From Eubacteriales bacterium (GTDB lineage: Bacteria > Bacillota > Clostridia > Oscillospirales > CAG-272), in the NCBI GenBank assembly GCA_045543015.1, contig JAZQLY010000002.1, positions 17,382 through 81,381 of the forward strand: a stretch of 64,000 nt of DNA, given 5' to 3'. Of the stretch, positions 35,853 to 46,539 are shown piece after piece. The notes under the pieces were generated by a model that saw nothing but the letters and a program-made list of their open reading frames with translations, did not search any database and was not told the origin of the DNA. Every line of letters starts with the position of its first letter. Position 1 is the stretch's first letter. A program made the translations under genes and the position numbers.

Positions 35853-36989
35853 TTACAGAGAGCGTCCCTTTTCTACGCAGAACGGCAGATCGGGATGCCC
35901 GGCCAAGGCCACGTCATCATGGAACAGAACGTATTTATCGGCGATCACACAGTTGAGCGACACGTTCTCGCCCACATACGTATCCATAAACAGAATGGAG
36001 TTGCGCACCACGCTTCCCTTTCCGACCTTGACACCGCGGAAGAGGATGGAGTTTTCAACCGTTCCCTCGATCATGCAGCCATCCGCGATCAACGAATTGG
36101 ATACCTTGGCGCTGCTTGCATACTGCGCGGGGGCAGAATTGCGCACCTTTGTCAGGATCGGACGCTTGGAGTTGTTGAACAGATCGTGGCGCACGGTGGA
36201 GTTCTTGATCAATTCCATGCTATAGTTATAATAATCGGTGATCGAATCAATATTCGCATAATAGCCGTCAAAACGGTATATGCGCATTTTCTCACGGCCG
36301 ATGCTGCGGCGGATAACGTCCTGGCTGAAGCTGGTGTATCCGTGCGCCTGTGCATTCACCAAGGCACCCAGCAAAAAGCTGCGGCTGATGACCCACACGT
36401 TGATATTAACGTCTGCCTCGCTCTTGGGATAGAACATGGGATGAACGGCAAGGTCGGTAATTTCACCGTTTTCATCCGAGGAAACGATGATGTTCTTTTC
36501 CGCGTTTTCCGGCGTGATGGCAATGCGCTTGACAGCCATGGTCAGCACGGCGCCGCTGTCAATATGTGCCTGCACCATATCCTTGAGGTCAATGTTACAA
36601 ATGCCGTCGCAGTCGGAAAGCACAACGTAATCTGCCTGCATTTTGGAAATGGAGTGCTGCACGCTCATCAGGGCTTCCAGACGGGTGTTGTACAGCTCGT
36701 TTTTATAGTTGGCATATGCCGTAATATAAGGGGCAAGGATGCGAATACCGCCGGAACGGCGTGCCATATCCCAATCCTTACCGGAGCCGATATGCTCCAT
36801 CAGGGACAGGTAGTTATAGTGCGTAATGATAGAAATGTCCGTAATGCCAGAGTTCACCATGTTCGAGAGCGGGAAATCGACCAGACGATACCGGCATCCA
36901 AAAGGAACAGATGCCATCGTTCTCTTTTTGGTCAGATCGGCAATGTTTTTGTCATGAATGTTGGAAAAAATAATGCCTGCTGCGTTCAT
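35853..36989 (-). CDS. glgD: Glucose-1-phosphate adenylyltransferase, GlgD regulatory subunit
   Basis: GlgC paralogue lacking the GGxGxRL motif, immediately after glgC as in Firmicutes. Confidence 0.85.
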   Translation of the reverse strand: MNAAGIIFSNIHDKNIADLTKKRTMASVPFGCRYRLVDFPLSNMVNSGITDISIITHYNYLSLMEHIGSGKDWDMARRSGGIRILAPYITAYANYKNELYNTRLEALMSVQHSISKMQADYVVLSDCDGICNIDLKDMVQAHIDSGAVLTMAVKRIAITPENAEKNIIVSSDENGEITDLAVHPMFYPKSEADVNINVWVISRSFLLGALVNAQAHGYTSFSQDVIRRSIGREKMRIYRFDGYYANIDSITDYYNYSMELIKNSTVRHDLFNNSKRPILTKVRNSAPAQYASSAKVSNSLIADGCMIEGTVENSILFRGVKVGKGSVVRNSILFMDTYVGENVSLNCVIADKYVLFHDDVALAGHPDLPFCVEKGRSL

Positions 36990-38206
36990 GCTTCCTGCTC
37001 TCCTTTGTTTTTCTTTTCATATTCGCTTGCGTTGAACATCTCACCGGCTGCAACCGTATCGCCGGGCAAGATGTGTACACCGCTACCAATGACAGCGATC
37101 TTCTGCTCACCCTCACACTTTGCGCCGACCACAGCACCCTCGCCAATCACGGCATCCGCATCCAGGATCGCGTACTGTACGGTAGCACCACTCTTGATGG
37201 TACATCCCTGCATGATAACGGCATCACGCACGGTGGCGCCCGCCTCTACCGTTACACCGTTGAAAAGCACAGAATTTTCAACTGTACCAAAAATGTTGTC
37301 ACCCTCGGTGATCACCGCGTTACGCACAACGCTCCCCTCGCCGATAAAATGCGGCGGCAGAGCCGGTGTGCGGGAATAGATGCGGAACCAGCGATCGTGC
37401 AGATTGTAGATCGGCTCTTCACCCAGCAGATCCATGTTGGCATCCCACAGGCTTTTGATGGTACCAACGTCCTTCCAATAGCCAGAAAAGCTGTAGGCAA
37501 ACAGACGCTTATCGTCATTCAGCATAGCGGGAATGATGTTTTTGCCAAAATCATTGGCGGAGCCGGGGGTATTTTCATCGCGGATCAGATATTCGCGCAG
37601 CACGTCGCGGTTGAACAGATAAATACCCATCGAGGCATTGGTGCTTTTGGGGTTCTTCGGCTTTTCTTCAAACTCCACAATGCGGCCGGCATCGTCCGTA
37701 TTCATAATGCCAAACCGGCTTGCCTCCTCGATCGGCACGTCAATAACGGCGATCGTGCAATCCGCGTTGTTTTCCTTGTGCGCCTTGATCAGGGCGCTGT
37801 AATCCATTTTATAGATATGGTCGCCCGAGAGGATCAGCACGTATTCAGGGTCATACCGCTCGATAAAATTCAGGTTCTGGTAAATGGCGTTGGCAGTACC
37901 CTTGTACCATGCGGCGCCATCCTTCCCCTGGTACGGCGGCAATACCATCACGCCGCCAGAGGAACGGTCAAGATCCCAGGGCTGACCGTTGCCGATGTAT
38001 TCATTTAACGCAAGAGGCTGATACTGCGTCAGTACCCCCACCGTATCAATGCCGGAGTTGATGCAGTTCGATAACGGAAAATCAATGATCCGATACTTGC
38101 CGCCGAACGGAACGGCCGGCTTTGCTGTTTTTTCGGTCAGCGTGTACAAACGACTCCCCTGACCGCCCGCCAACAGCATGGCAACACATTCTTTACGTTT
38201 GAACAT
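36986..38206 (-). CDS. glgC: Glucose-1-phosphate adenylyltransferase
   Basis: LAGGQGSRL motif and left-handed beta-helix C-terminus. 4-nt overlap with glgD. Confidence 0.95.
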   Translation of the reverse strand: MFKRKECVAMLLAGGQGSRLYTLTEKTAKPAVPFGGKYRIIDFPLSNCINSGIDTVGVLTQYQPLALNEYIGNGQPWDLDRSSGGVMVLPPYQGKDGAAWYKGTANAIYQNLNFIERYDPEYVLILSGDHIYKMDYSALIKAHKENNADCTIAVIDVPIEEASRFGIMNTDDAGRIVEFEEKPKNPKSTNASMGIYLFNRDVLREYLIRDENTPGSANDFGKNIIPAMLNDDKRLFAYSFSGYWKDVGTIKSLWDANMDLLGEEPIYNLHDRWFRIYSRTPALPPHFIGEGSVVRNAVITEGDNIFGTVENSVLFNGVTVEAGATVRDAVIMQGCTIKSGATVQYAILDADAVIGEGAVVGAKCEGEQKIAVIGSGVHILPGDTVAAGEMFNASEYEKKNKGEQEA

Positions 38207-38222
38207 ATATAAAAGCCTCCCA

Positions 38223-40142
38223 TCAATGAATTTTTTTCTTAAAATAAAGTGCTGAAAGCGGTGGCAGCGTCAATCGCAGCACGCCGTCCTCCCCTACCGT
38301 CTTGCTGCACGCAAGCGGCTGCTCTGCCCCGCCGTAACGCGCCGCATCGCTATTCAGCAGCAGCTCGTATTCTCCCGGGGCCAGCGTTGGGATCTCATAA
38401 TTCTCACGCACAACGGGCGAAAAGTGGAAGATGGCAACGATCTCCTCCCCGCGCAGGTTGCGCCGTGCAAAAGCGGAGACGTTATCCTCACGCCGGTCGG
38501 GATATATCCAACGGAATCCACCCCAAGAAAAATCATCCTCCCAAAGGCAGGATTCCTTTAAATACAAGCGATTCAGATCCGAAACGAACAGGCGCAGCTG
38601 CGCGTGACGCGGATAATCGCACATGAACCATTCCAGCGGGTTTTCGTAATCCCACTCGCGGAACTGGCCATATTCACACCCCATGAAGGTCATCTTCTTG
38701 CCGGGGTGTGCCATCATGTAGGCAAAAAACGTTCTGTCGGTTGCGAACTTTTGCTCGTATTCGCCAAAGCACTTGTCGATCAGAGATTTTTTACCATGCA
38801 CCACCTCATCGTGAGAAACGGGTAAAATATAATTCTCGTCAAAGGCGTACATCATGGAAAAGGTCAGCTTGTCATGCTGATACATGCGGTAGATCGGATC
38901 CGTCTCCAAATAGGCAAACATATCGTTTGCCCACCCCATGTTCCACTTGAAGTTGAAGCCCAAGCCACCCTGCGAAACCGGCTTGGTGATCATTGGCCAG
39001 GCGGTCGATTCCTCCGCGATCATCAAAACGTCACCAAATTCTGCAAAGACTGCGGTATTCAGCTTTTGGAAAAAGGCGATCGCCTCTAAATTTTTATTAT
39101 CACCGTGTGCATTGGGGATCCACTCACCCGGCTTCCGGTCATAATCCAGATACAGCATGGAGGCAACGGCATCCACGCGAAGGCCGTCAATGTGATACTC
39201 GCGCAACCAATAGAGCGCATTGGAGACGAGGAAGGACTGTATCTCCTGCCGCCCTACGTCAAAGAAGCGGGTGCCCCAGCCGGCGCTCTCTTGCCGGTCG
39301 CGCCCCTGGTATTCGTAAAGCGGTGCGCCGTCAAACTCATATAGCCCATGCTCGTCCTTCGGAAAATGGGCCGGCACCCAGTCCATGATCACACCAATAT
39401 GGTAACGGTGCAATTCATTGACGAAGAACTTAAAGTCCTCCGGCGTGCCAAAACGAGAGGTAGGTGCATAATAGCCGCACACCTGATAGCCCCAGGAGCC
39501 GTCAAACGGGTGCTCGGCAACCGGCAGCAGCTCTACGTGCGTATACCCCATCTGCGTAAGATACGGCACCAGCTCAGCCGCGATCTCGCGGTAATTCAAG
39601 TAAGCATCCCCTTCGGTATTCGTGCGCCCGTCCTTTGTCATAAAGGAGCCGAGGTGCATTTCGTAAATATTCATCGGGGCGCTGTAAAACTGCTTTTTTT
39701 CAGAGATCGCGCGCCGCTTGCGCAGCCAGCTGCTATCCGTCCACGCAAAGGCGGTTTCCGTATGAATGACGGAGGCGGTGTTTTTTAACGTCTCGGAGGC
39801 AAAGGCGTACGGATCCGCCTTGTTATGCACCCCGCCGGCAGAATGGATGCGGAATTTGTAGCAGGCCCCCTCGATCGGCTCCTTCGTGCGATAGATCAGT
39901 TCAAAAACGCCGCCGTCGGTCACGCGCTGCATTTCATCACATTCCTGCCAGCCGTTAAAATCACCAATCACAAAAATACGGGTTGCGTTAGGGGCCCAAG
40001 TGCGGAATACGTAGGTATACCCCGTTCCGTCTTCTGTTCGATGCACACCCAAATAGCGGTACGCATGAAAGTTGGTACCCTGGTGGAAGAAAAACGGTGC
40101 AAGATCTGTGTTTTTTTCAAGCATCTTGTTAGTCTTTTTCAC
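38223..40142 (-). CDS. glgB: 1,4-alpha-glucan branching enzyme
   Basis: GH13_9 pattern ([17 protein letters not shown]). I prefer the GTG at 40142 (AAGGGGG SD 6 nt upstream). The ATG at 40172 falls at or near the predicted TSS and lacks an SD. Confidence 0.9.
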   Translation of the reverse strand: MKKTNKMLEKNTDLAPFFFHQGTNFHAYRYLGVHRTEDGTGYTYVFRTWAPNATRIFVIGDFNGWQECDEMQRVTDGGVFELIYRTKEPIEGACYKFRIHSAGGVHNKADPYAFASETLKNTASVIHTETAFAWTDSSWLRKRRAISEKKQFYSAPMNIYEMHLGSFMTKDGRTNTEGDAYLNYREIAAELVPYLTQMGYTHVELLPVAEHPFDGSWGYQVCGYYAPTSRFGTPEDFKFFVNELHRYHIGVIMDWVPAHFPKDEHGLYEFDGAPLYEYQGRDRQESAGWGTRFFDVGRQEIQSFLVSNALYWLREYHIDGLRVDAVASMLYLDYDRKPGEWIPNAHGDNKNLEAIAFFQKLNTAVFAEFGDVLMIAEESTAWPMITKPVSQGGLGFNFKWNMGWANDMFAYLETDPIYRMYQHDKLTFSMMYAFDENYILPVSHDEVVHGKKSLIDKCFGEYEQKFATDRTFFAYMMAHPGKKMTFMGCEYGQFREWDYENPLEWFMCDYPRHAQLRLFVSDLNRLYLKESCLWEDDFSWGGFRWIYPDRREDNVSAFARRNLRGEEIVAIFHFSPVVRENYEIPTLAPGEYELLLNSDAARYGGAEQPLACSKTVGEDGVLRLTLPPLSALYFKKKIH

Positions 40143-40177
40143 GGTATGCCCCCTTATATCATTTTCTACCATATACT

Positions 40178-40206
40178 ATTATAACGCATCGTTTTTGAAA
40201 TTGCAA
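40178..40206 (-). promoter_or_regulatory. SigA promoter of the glycogen operon
   Basis: Minus strand reads TTGCAA (40206-01), 17-nt spacer, TATAAT (40183-78). Confidence 0.7.
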
Positions 40207-40261
40207 CCGATTTTCGTCGATTATTCGAAAAAATACCGAATTTTCTTATGGTATTTTATAA

Positions 40262-40298
40262 AAAAACAAAGAAAAAGGGGTATATCACCATACCCCTT
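40262..40298 (-). terminator. Intrinsic terminator after tRNA-His
   Basis: AAGGGGTA/TACCCCTT stem followed by a T-rich tail on the minus strand. Confidence 0.8.
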
Positions 40299-40304
40299 CT
40301 TATC

Positions 40305-40382
40305 TGGGGTGAGTAATCGGAATCGAACCGATGACCCCCAGGGCCACAACCTGGCGCTCTAACCAACTGAGCCATACCCACC
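40305..40382 (-). tRNA. tRNA-His (GTG) with encoded G-1 and CCA
   Basis: Reverse complement reads G-GTGGGTATGGCTCAGTTGG..TTGTGGC..GGTTCGATTCCGATTACTCACCCCA. Confidence 0.9.
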
Positions 40383-40419
40383 ATATTCAATTTTGTTGCT
40401 GCAAGGCGCCGCGCGTGTG

Positions 40420-40496
40420 TGGCGTACCTTGGGGGACTCGAACCCTCGACCTACTGCTTAGAAGGCAGTTGCTCTATCCAGCTGAGCTAAAGGTAC
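40420..40496 (-). tRNA. tRNA-Arg (TCT), CCA encoded
   Basis: Reverse complement reads GTACCTTTAGCTCAGCTGG..CTTCTAA..GGTTCGAGTCCCCCAAGGTACGCCA. Confidence 0.9.
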
Positions 40497-40529
40497 ATGG
40501 ACGCGGGCGGCACCCTTCGCAACGGTGAT

Positions 40530-40558
40530 ATTATACCAATTCTTTTTTGATTTGTCAA
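40530..40558 (-). promoter_or_regulatory. Consensus SigA promoter of the tRNA-Arg/His pair
   Basis: Minus strand reads TTGACA, 17-nt spacer, TATAAT. Confidence 0.8.
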
Positions 40559-40584
40559 GTCTTTTTTTGAAAAAAAACAGCTTT

Positions 40585-40621
40585 TTTTAAAAAACGAGGG
40601 GCGTGGTTTGTTCACGCCCCC
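40585..40621 (-). terminator. Intrinsic terminator after the SPFH operon
   Basis: GGGGCGTG/CACGCCCC stem; T-run on the minus strand. Confidence 0.8.
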
Positions 40622-40636
40622 GAAAACGGTCTGCTC

Positions 40637-41578
40637 TTATTTCTCGGCTACCCCGTCCTTGCCGAATTTTGCGATCTCCGTAGCGGAAGATACCAAGCCA
40701 GCAAGCGACTGCAATTCAGAGGGGATGATCAGCTTGGTAGACTTGCCGTCGCCTACCTTGACAAGTGCCTCTAACCCCTTCATGGCGATATAGCCCTCTC
40801 CCGGGTCTGCCTTGTTGATCATGCTGATTCCCTGGGCAACGGCCTCTTGCACCTTCAGAATGGCCTCCGCCTCGCCCTCCGCCTCACGGATCTTCTTCTC
40901 CTTTGCAGCCTCTGCGCGCAGAATAGCAGACTGCTTCTCTGCCTCCGCCTCCAGGATCATGGATTGCTTGCGGCCCTCCGCAACCAGGATGGCACTGTTC
41001 TTTTCGCCCTCTGCCCGCAGAATAGCCTCACGGCGCTCACGCTCTGCCTTCATCTGCTTTTCCATCGCATCCTGAATTTCCTTAGGCGGCATAATGTTCT
41101 TCAGCTCAACGCGGTTGACCTTAATGCCCCACATATCGGTCGCTTCATCCAGGATAGCACGCATCTTGGTATTGATGATATCACGCGAGGTGAGCGTGTT
41201 ATCCAGATCCAGGTCGCCAATGATGTTACGCAACGTTGTAGCAGTCAGGTTCTCAATAGCAAAGATCGGGTTGGTAACACCATAGGTATACAGCTTGCAA
41301 TCGGTGATCTGGTAAAACACCACCGTATCGATCTGCATACGCACGTTATCCTTGGTAATAACGGGCTGGGGCGGAAAATCCACCACCTGCTCCATCATAT
41401 TTACCTTTTTATGCACCTTCTCAAAAAACGGGATCGTCATGTGAAGTCCCGTCTTCCACGTAGCGCGATAGGCGCCCAGGTAGGTAACGACGTAAGCGTG
41501 TGCCTGCGGCACGATGTGAATGTTTGCGATCAAAAGCACGATCACAATAATAGCCAAAGCTCCCAAGACATACCACAT
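40637..41578 (-). CDS. SPFH/band-7 (stomatin-like) protein
   Basis: N-terminal TM, SPFH core, C-terminal coiled coil rich in AEAEK repeats. Confidence 0.9.
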   Translation of the reverse strand: MWYVLGALAIIVIVLLIANIHIVPQAHAYVVTYLGAYRATWKTGLHMTIPFFEKVHKKVNMMEQVVDFPPQPVITKDNVRMQIDTVVFYQITDCKLYTYGVTNPIFAIENLTATTLRNIIGDLDLDNTLTSRDIINTKMRAILDEATDMWGIKVNRVELKNIMPPKEIQDAMEKQMKAERERREAILRAEGEKNSAILVAEGRKQSMILEAEAEKQSAILRAEAAKEKKIREAEGEAEAILKVQEAVAQGISMINKADPGEGYIAMKGLEALVKVGDGKSTKLIIPSELQSLAGLVSSATEIAKFGKDGVAEK

Positions 41579-41604
41579 AAAACCTTCCTCCTCAATATAT
41601 CGAT

Positions 41605-42021
41605 TTATTTTTTACAGATCAGCTTAACGCCTTCTACTGCAATCACCGTTACGACCTCACCGGGCTCGTAGGCAACGTCATCATCGATCGTGCGTGCGCT
41701 CCAGGATTGCCCGCGCACCTTGACCTGCCCGGCACCGGCGATATTCTCGATCTTCTCCACCACGATCGCCTTTTCACCAATAATGGCATCAATATTGGTG
41801 GCAAGCGGCTTTTGCCGGCGGTTGATCATCGGTCGTGCAAAAACAATGCAAAGAATGGAAACCGCTAAGAACGCAGGGATCTGTATCCACTCACTCACGC
41901 CACAAAAAGCAAGGATCATAGAAAGCAGCCCGCCCGGCACGAACCAAATGGCAACAAGGCCGGGAGTCACGATCTCAAAAACGATCGATAAAACGATCAC
42001 ACCAATCCATATGTATTCCAT
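41605..42021 (-). CDS. NfeD-family membrane protein
   Basis: TM-rich N-terminus plus a C-terminal OB-like domain (GQVKVRGQSWSAR). ATG at 42021 has an AGAGAGG SD. Confidence 0.85.
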   Translation of the reverse strand: MEYIWIGVIVLSIVFEIVTPGLVAIWFVPGGLLSMILAFCGVSEWIQIPAFLAVSILCIVFARPMINRRQKPLATNIDAIIGEKAIVVEKIENIAGAGQVKVRGQSWSARTIDDDVAYEPGEVVTVIAVEGVKLICKK

Positions 42022-42037
42022 AAATTTACCTCTCTTA

Positions 42038-42676
42038 TCAATTTGAAGGTCTGTAATGCACGGTTTGAACACCGTAGATCCAGGCACGGTCATTTTTATC
42101 AAGCACAACGGTCATATACTGCTCACGCGCACCATCGCTGCCTATATCATTCCGCAAGGAGCCGTTGTTATCTTTTATTTTGTAGCTGAGACCGTACACA
42201 AACACCTCGTCATACACATCTGGTATTTGCAGATCTGCAGATACCGCGTATTCCCTAATGTTGATATCGTAGATCTTTTGCATGGTAAAGCTGCCAAACT
42301 TACCCTCTTTTGCAATATACTCTGACGAGAAGCATGCGTTATACGCAGCAGTATCTCCCGCCTGGGCCGCAAGAACGAGCTTGATCAGCAGCTGAACGGC
42401 CTTGTTGTACGACGTATAATCACTTTCGCTGATGGCGTTTTTAAATTCATATCCGCCTTGCCCCGTCGTATAATATATAGAGCGATCAAGCCCCATATAC
42501 TCTTCATCTGCAAAAATATCTGCGCTGAGCGCCGGATCGGCAAAATCGTAATCATAAGTAGGGTCCGGTTCTTGAAACAACAGCGAAAGCAACGGAACCA
42601 GCGCGATCAGAAGCACCGCCGCCAGCGCGATCACCGCCACGGATAAGAACAGTTTTTTCTTTGTCATTGCTATCAA
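42038..42676 (-). CDS. Hypothetical membrane-anchored protein (single N-terminal TM)
   Basis: First gene of the NfeD/SPFH operon. TTG start (or ATG at 42667). No family recognised. Confidence 0.6.
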   Translation of the reverse strand: MIAMTKKKLFLSVAVIALAAVLLIALVPLLSLLFQEPDPTYDYDFADPALSADIFADEEYMGLDRSIYYTTGQGGYEFKNAISESDYTSYNKAVQLLIKLVLAAQAGDTAAYNACFSSEYIAKEGKFGSFTMQKIYDINIREYAVSADLQIPDVYDEVFVYGLSYKIKDNNGSLRNDIGSDGAREQYMTVVLDKNDRAWIYGVQTVHYRPSN

Positions 42677-42817
42677 AGCATACGCCTTTCTTCCATCAAA
42701 AAAATCAATATCTACTATGTATTATAACATGCCCGCAATGAAAAAACAATCGTTTTCTGAAAAATTCACGATTTATTCTTTCCTTGTGCGGCAATTTGCA
42801 CCCCTATCAAAAAAGTG

Positions 42818-42846
42818 TTGACAAATTGGTTTTTTTGGTGTAGAAT
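42818..42846 (+). promoter_or_regulatory. SigA promoter of the fadD-acp operon
   Basis: TTGACA (42818-23), 17-nt spacer, TAGAAT (42841-46). Confidence 0.7.
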
Positions 42847-42890
42847 ATACGGTGGAATTTTCATGTTGTACAAGAAAGGGGCATTTTTTC

Positions 42891-44606
42891 ATGAGAATGG
42901 TAAACAACCTTCACGCAAAAGAAAACAAGACCATTCAAAGTCTACGTGACCTTGTGGACAGCAGCGCCGCCGCATTTGGCGACAAAAATCTTTATCACTA
43001 TGTTGAAGACTCGGTTGTTAAACAATACACATATAATGACCTGCAATATAACGTAAACGCCATTGGTACCGCCCTTCGCAAGCTGGGCTTTGACCAAAAG
43101 CACATTGCGATCATTGGTGACAATCATCCGCTTTACACCACGACCTACCTTGCCGTTACGAACAGCAACAATACCATCGTTCCCTTTGATAAGGAGCTGG
43201 CACTTGACCAGCTTGCCGATTTTTTCAGAACTGCCGAAATTGAAGCTGTTTTCTATACTGCCTGCTTTAACGGCAAATTGCGCGCCGCCACCAAGGACGT
43301 TGCCGGTGTACGCTACTACTTCCCCATTCAGCCGAACGAAGAGGAGACGGGCGACAACGTCATGTCCGCGGCGGAGGTAATTGCGCTTGGCAACCGCGCG
43401 ATCGAAGAGGGCGACCGTTCCTACTTGGATCTGGAGCCGGATATGGAGCGTTGCTGCTCCCTGCTTTTCACCTCCGGCACAACGGGCACCAGCAAAGGCG
43501 TTATGCTTTGCCAGCGCAACCTGACTGCGGCAGTCAATTCCTCTTGCAAATCCATGAGCTATGATGACGAAAACCGTTTTGTTTCCGTCCTTCCCCCGCA
43601 CCACACCTACGAAATGACCTGCGGTGAGCTTGGCGTTATCAACATTGGTGCAGAGGCATTTATCAATGACAGCATCAAGCACGTCATGAAGAACTTCTCT
43701 TCCTTCAAGCCGAATGCGTTGGCGCTCGTTCCTCTGTTTGTAGAAACGATGCACAAGCGCATCTGGGACGAGATCCGCAAGCAGGGGCTTGAGAAAAAGG
43801 TCCGCCTGGCGATGAAGGCAAACGAAGCCATGCTGAATTTGGGCATTGATATTCGCCACAAGCTATTTGGCCGTATCACGGCGGCCTTTGGCGGCAATTT
43901 GAAGAGCATTGTTTGCGGCGGTGCGCCGATCAGCCCCGCCATCATCAAGGATTTCTACCACTTTGGCATCACCGTGCTGGAGGGCTACGGCATTACCGAA
44001 TGTGCCCCCCTGGTTGCGGTAAATTCCCCCGGCAAGGTTCGTTTTCACTCGGTTGGCCAACCCGTATACGGCGTTGACGTTCGTATTGACTATGACGAGG
44101 GGCAGACCACCGGTGAAATACAGGTCAAGGGCGAGAACGTCATGCTCGGATACTACAAGAACGAGCAGGCAACCGCCGACGTATTTGCCGAGGACGGCTA
44201 TTTCCGCACCGGCGATATCGGATATATGGACAAAGACGGCTATATCTACATTACCGGAAGAAAAAAGAATGTTATTATTTTGAGCAACGGTAAAAACGTA
44301 TTCCCAGAGGAGCTTGAGGAGTATCTTTCCACCATTGAATGCATCAGCGAGGCTGTCGTTATCGGCAGAAAGAATGCGGAGGATGCAAAAAGCGAGGTGG
44401 CGATCACCGCCATTATCGTACCCCAGCTTGACTCCCCCACCCTTGCAGAAAAAACACCGGAAGAGGTGTATGAAATCGTTCGAACGGCCGTTATGGCAAT
44501 CAATAAAAAGCTGCCTTCTTTTAAGCACATCACCGACGTAGAGATACGAAACGAGCCGTTTGAAAAGAATTCGTCACGCAAGATCAAACGCTATAAGATC
44601 AAGTGA
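42891..44606 (+). CDS. AMP-dependent acyl-CoA/ACP synthetase (long-chain fatty acid ligase-like)
   Basis: LFTSGTTGTSKGVML AMP-binding motif, with GDIG.MD and GRKKN motifs. ATG at 42891 follows AAAGGGG. Confidence 0.85.
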   Translation: MRMVNNLHAKENKTIQSLRDLVDSSAAAFGDKNLYHYVEDSVVKQYTYNDLQYNVNAIGTALRKLGFDQKHIAIIGDNHPLYTTTYLAVTNSNNTIVPFDKELALDQLADFFRTAEIEAVFYTACFNGKLRAATKDVAGVRYYFPIQPNEEETGDNVMSAAEVIALGNRAIEEGDRSYLDLEPDMERCCSLLFTSGTTGTSKGVMLCQRNLTAAVNSSCKSMSYDDENRFVSVLPPHHTYEMTCGELGVINIGAEAFINDSIKHVMKNFSSFKPNALALVPLFVETMHKRIWDEIRKQGLEKKVRLAMKANEAMLNLGIDIRHKLFGRITAAFGGNLKSIVCGGAPISPAIIKDFYHFGITVLEGYGITECAPLVAVNSPGKVRFHSVGQPVYGVDVRIDYDEGQTTGEIQVKGENVMLGYYKNEQATADVFAEDGYFRTGDIGYMDKDGYIYITGRKKNVIILSNGKNVFPEELEEYLSTIECISEAVVIGRKNAEDAKSEVAITAIIVPQLDSPTLAEKTPEEVYEIVRTAVMAINKKLPSFKHITDVEIRNEPFEKNSSRKIKRYKIK

Positions 44607-44635
44607 TTTTTGACAAAACTTTGGAGGAAAAAACG

Positions 44636-44863
44636 ATGTTTGAAAAGCTGAAAGCACTGCTGGTTGAGGAGCTGCACGTTGATCCGGAAAACGTAAAGCC
44701 GGAATCCGAGCTGGCAAATGACCTTGGCATCAACTCCCTGGAGCTGGCCGACCTCATTCTTCTGTGCGAGGAAAAGTTCAACGTAACGATCGACGATGAT
44801 GATCTGCACACCTTCATCACGATCAATGACGTTGTCAATTACCTGACCGAGAAGGCATCCTGA
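44636..44863 (+). CDS. Acyl carrier protein (stand-alone)
   Basis: 75-aa acidic 4-helix pattern with LGINSLELADL (phosphopantetheine Ser). GGAGGA SD. Confidence 0.8.
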   Translation: MFEKLKALLVEELHVDPENVKPESELANDLGINSLELADLILLCEEKFNVTIDDDDLHTFITINDVVNYLTEKAS

Positions 44864-44883
44864 CCCTCTTGCAGGCAAACAGC

Positions 44884-44920
44884 AAAAAGAGCACATTGCG
44901 AAAAGCAATGCGCTCTTTTT
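44884..44920. terminator. Bidirectional intrinsic terminator
   Basis: 12-bp stem AGAGCACATTGC/GCAATGCGCTCT with one mismatch; flanking A5/T5. Confidence 0.85.
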
Positions 44921-44923
44921 GTT

Positions 44924-45295
44924 TTAAAGATATACGATGGTAACGAACTCGTTTTTCTTATCCATATCCATATCCAACTCAACCTGCGGACACTTATCGA
45001 CCAGATAGCGCGTCATCGCATCAGACATGGAGAACTTTTCCCCGGGGATCATCAAGATCACACGCCCCTCCTTTTGGCAAACACGCAGCAGGCGGCGTAT
45101 CTCACCACGCAGGCGAATAACAGAATGCCCCAGGCTCTCGTCATGAACGAACTTGATCAAATGCCCGCCAAGCGCACGCACGGAGGCAAGCTCAAATTCC
45201 ACCTGTGTCAAGGCGGTCTTGGTTTCCGGCAAGCCTTCGTAAAGCACGATCTTGCAGATCGAATCAAACGTGTAGGTCATATCACGCTGCATCAT
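44924..45295 (-). CDS. Hypothetical protein, possibly degenerate Smr-like domain
   Basis: GAGGAGGGG SD 5 nt before the ATG at 45295. The pattern LYEGL..LIKFVHDESLG..IRRLL..VTIVYL loosely parallels Smr (LDLHG..IIHGKG..). Confidence 0.5.
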   Translation of the reverse strand: MMQRDMTYTFDSICKIVLYEGLPETKTALTQVEFELASVRALGGHLIKFVHDESLGHSVIRLRGEIRRLLRVCQKEGRVILMIPGEKFSMSDAMTRYLVDKCPQVELDMDMDKKNEFVTIVYL

Positions 45296-45309
45296 CCATT
45301 CCCCTCCTC

Positions 45310-46539
45310 TTACACAACTTGAAAAATATAGAACTTCAGGTATTCGGTCTCGCTGACGTTCCAAAGAATGGGGTGATCGGGCGATTGCTGGCGCGCCTCT
45401 ATCTGGCGCAGCGAAACGCCGGCATCCGCTGCGGCATCATGCAGCATTTTGCGGAAAAGCGTTTCGGTCATAAAATGCGAGCAGGAGCAGGTTGCCAGAT
45501 AGCCGCCGCGCGGCAGCAGCCGCATGGCCTTCATATTGATCTCCTTATACCCTCTCGTGGCATTCTTGACCGTGCTGCTGCTTTTGGTAAAGGCGGGCGG
45601 ATCCAGGATGATAAGATCATATTCCCGCTTCCCCTCGGCCGCCATGGCGGTCAGCAGGTCAAACACGTCGGTACACAGAAAGCTCATTCGCCCGTCCAGC
45701 CCATTGCGAACGGCATTGGCACGCGCAAGCGCGATCGCATCAGCCGAAACGTCAACTGCCGTTACATGCGCCGCCCCCGCCTTTGCCGCGTTCAAGGCGA
45801 AAGCGCCGGTGTGGGTAAAGCAATCCAGCACGCGCTTACCGGGACACAGCCTGGCCACCGCTGCGCGGTTGTATTTCTGGTCAAGAAAGAAGCCGGTCTT
45901 CTGCCCGTTGATATAATCCACGTCATAGGCAATGCCATTCTCACAAATGGTGACGTGCCCGTCAAGCGCATCCATAAGCCCCGGCATCTGATAAACCCCG
46001 GTATATTGTTGCATGCCCTCCAATTCCCGAATGCCAACGTCATTGCGCTCGTAGATCGCCCTGATCGTTTCGCCCATTTCGGAAAGGACCTTCAAGAATA
46101 GCGGAAAAAGAATATGCTTTCTTTTTTCCATTCCCAGTGAAAGCGTCTGTACCACCAGGATATCGGCAAACCGGTCTACCGTCAAGCCGGGAAACTGATC
46201 GGCCTCTCCGAATATCAGGCGGCAGTTGTCAAAATCTGCCCCCATGACCGTTTTTCGGTAGGCAAACGCATAACGGACACGTCGTTCAAAAAACGCCTCG
46301 TCAAACCTATCGTTGGCATTGGTCGAGATCAACCGAACGCGGATCTTGGAGCGATCGTTGATAAAGCCGGTACCGATAAACTTTCCCCCCTCGGTATACA
46401 CGTCCACCAGATCACCGTTTTCATATTCGCCAAAAACCGACGTGATCTCCTCGCCAAACACCCACGGGTGTCCGCCGCGCAGACTTTTTTCTGCTTTTTT
46501 GGTCACAGCTACGCTGGTATATTCTCTCTTTCCCATCAT
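45310..46539 (-). CDS. rlmI: Class I SAM-dependent rRNA methyltransferase (RlmI-like, PUA plus MTase)
   Basis: N-terminal PUA-like domain and a SAM-binding fold (VLDCFTHTGAF, DLIILDPPAF). Confidence 0.85.
   Translation of the reverse strand: MMGKREYTSVAVTKKAEKSLRGGHPWVFGEEITSVFGEYENGDLVDVYTEGGKFIGTGFINDRSKIRVRLISTNANDRFDEAFFERRVRYAFAYRKTVMGADFDNCRLIFGEADQFPGLTVDRFADILVVQTLSLGMEKRKHILFPLFLKVLSEMGETIRAIYERNDVGIRELEGMQQYTGVYQMPGLMDALDGHVTICENGIAYDVDYINGQKTGFFLDQKYNRAAVARLCPGKRVLDCFTHTGAFALNAAKAGAAHVTAVDVSADAIALARANAVRNGLDGRMSFLCTDVFDLLTAMAAEGKREYDLIILDPPAFTKSSSTVKNATRGYKEINMKAMRLLPRGGYLATCSCSHFMTETLFRKMLHDAAADAGVSLRQIEARQQSPDHPILWNVSETEYLKFYIFQVV

Noticed and set aside
31923-38008. Series of long plus-strand ORFs (385, 333, 509 and 311 aa) across the glycogen operon
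   Set aside because: All are antisense to glgP, glgA, glgD and glgC, whose products are clearly recognisable. None has an SD or any motif.
40331-40528. 65-aa ORF
   Set aside because: It overlaps the tRNA-His and tRNA-Arg genes.
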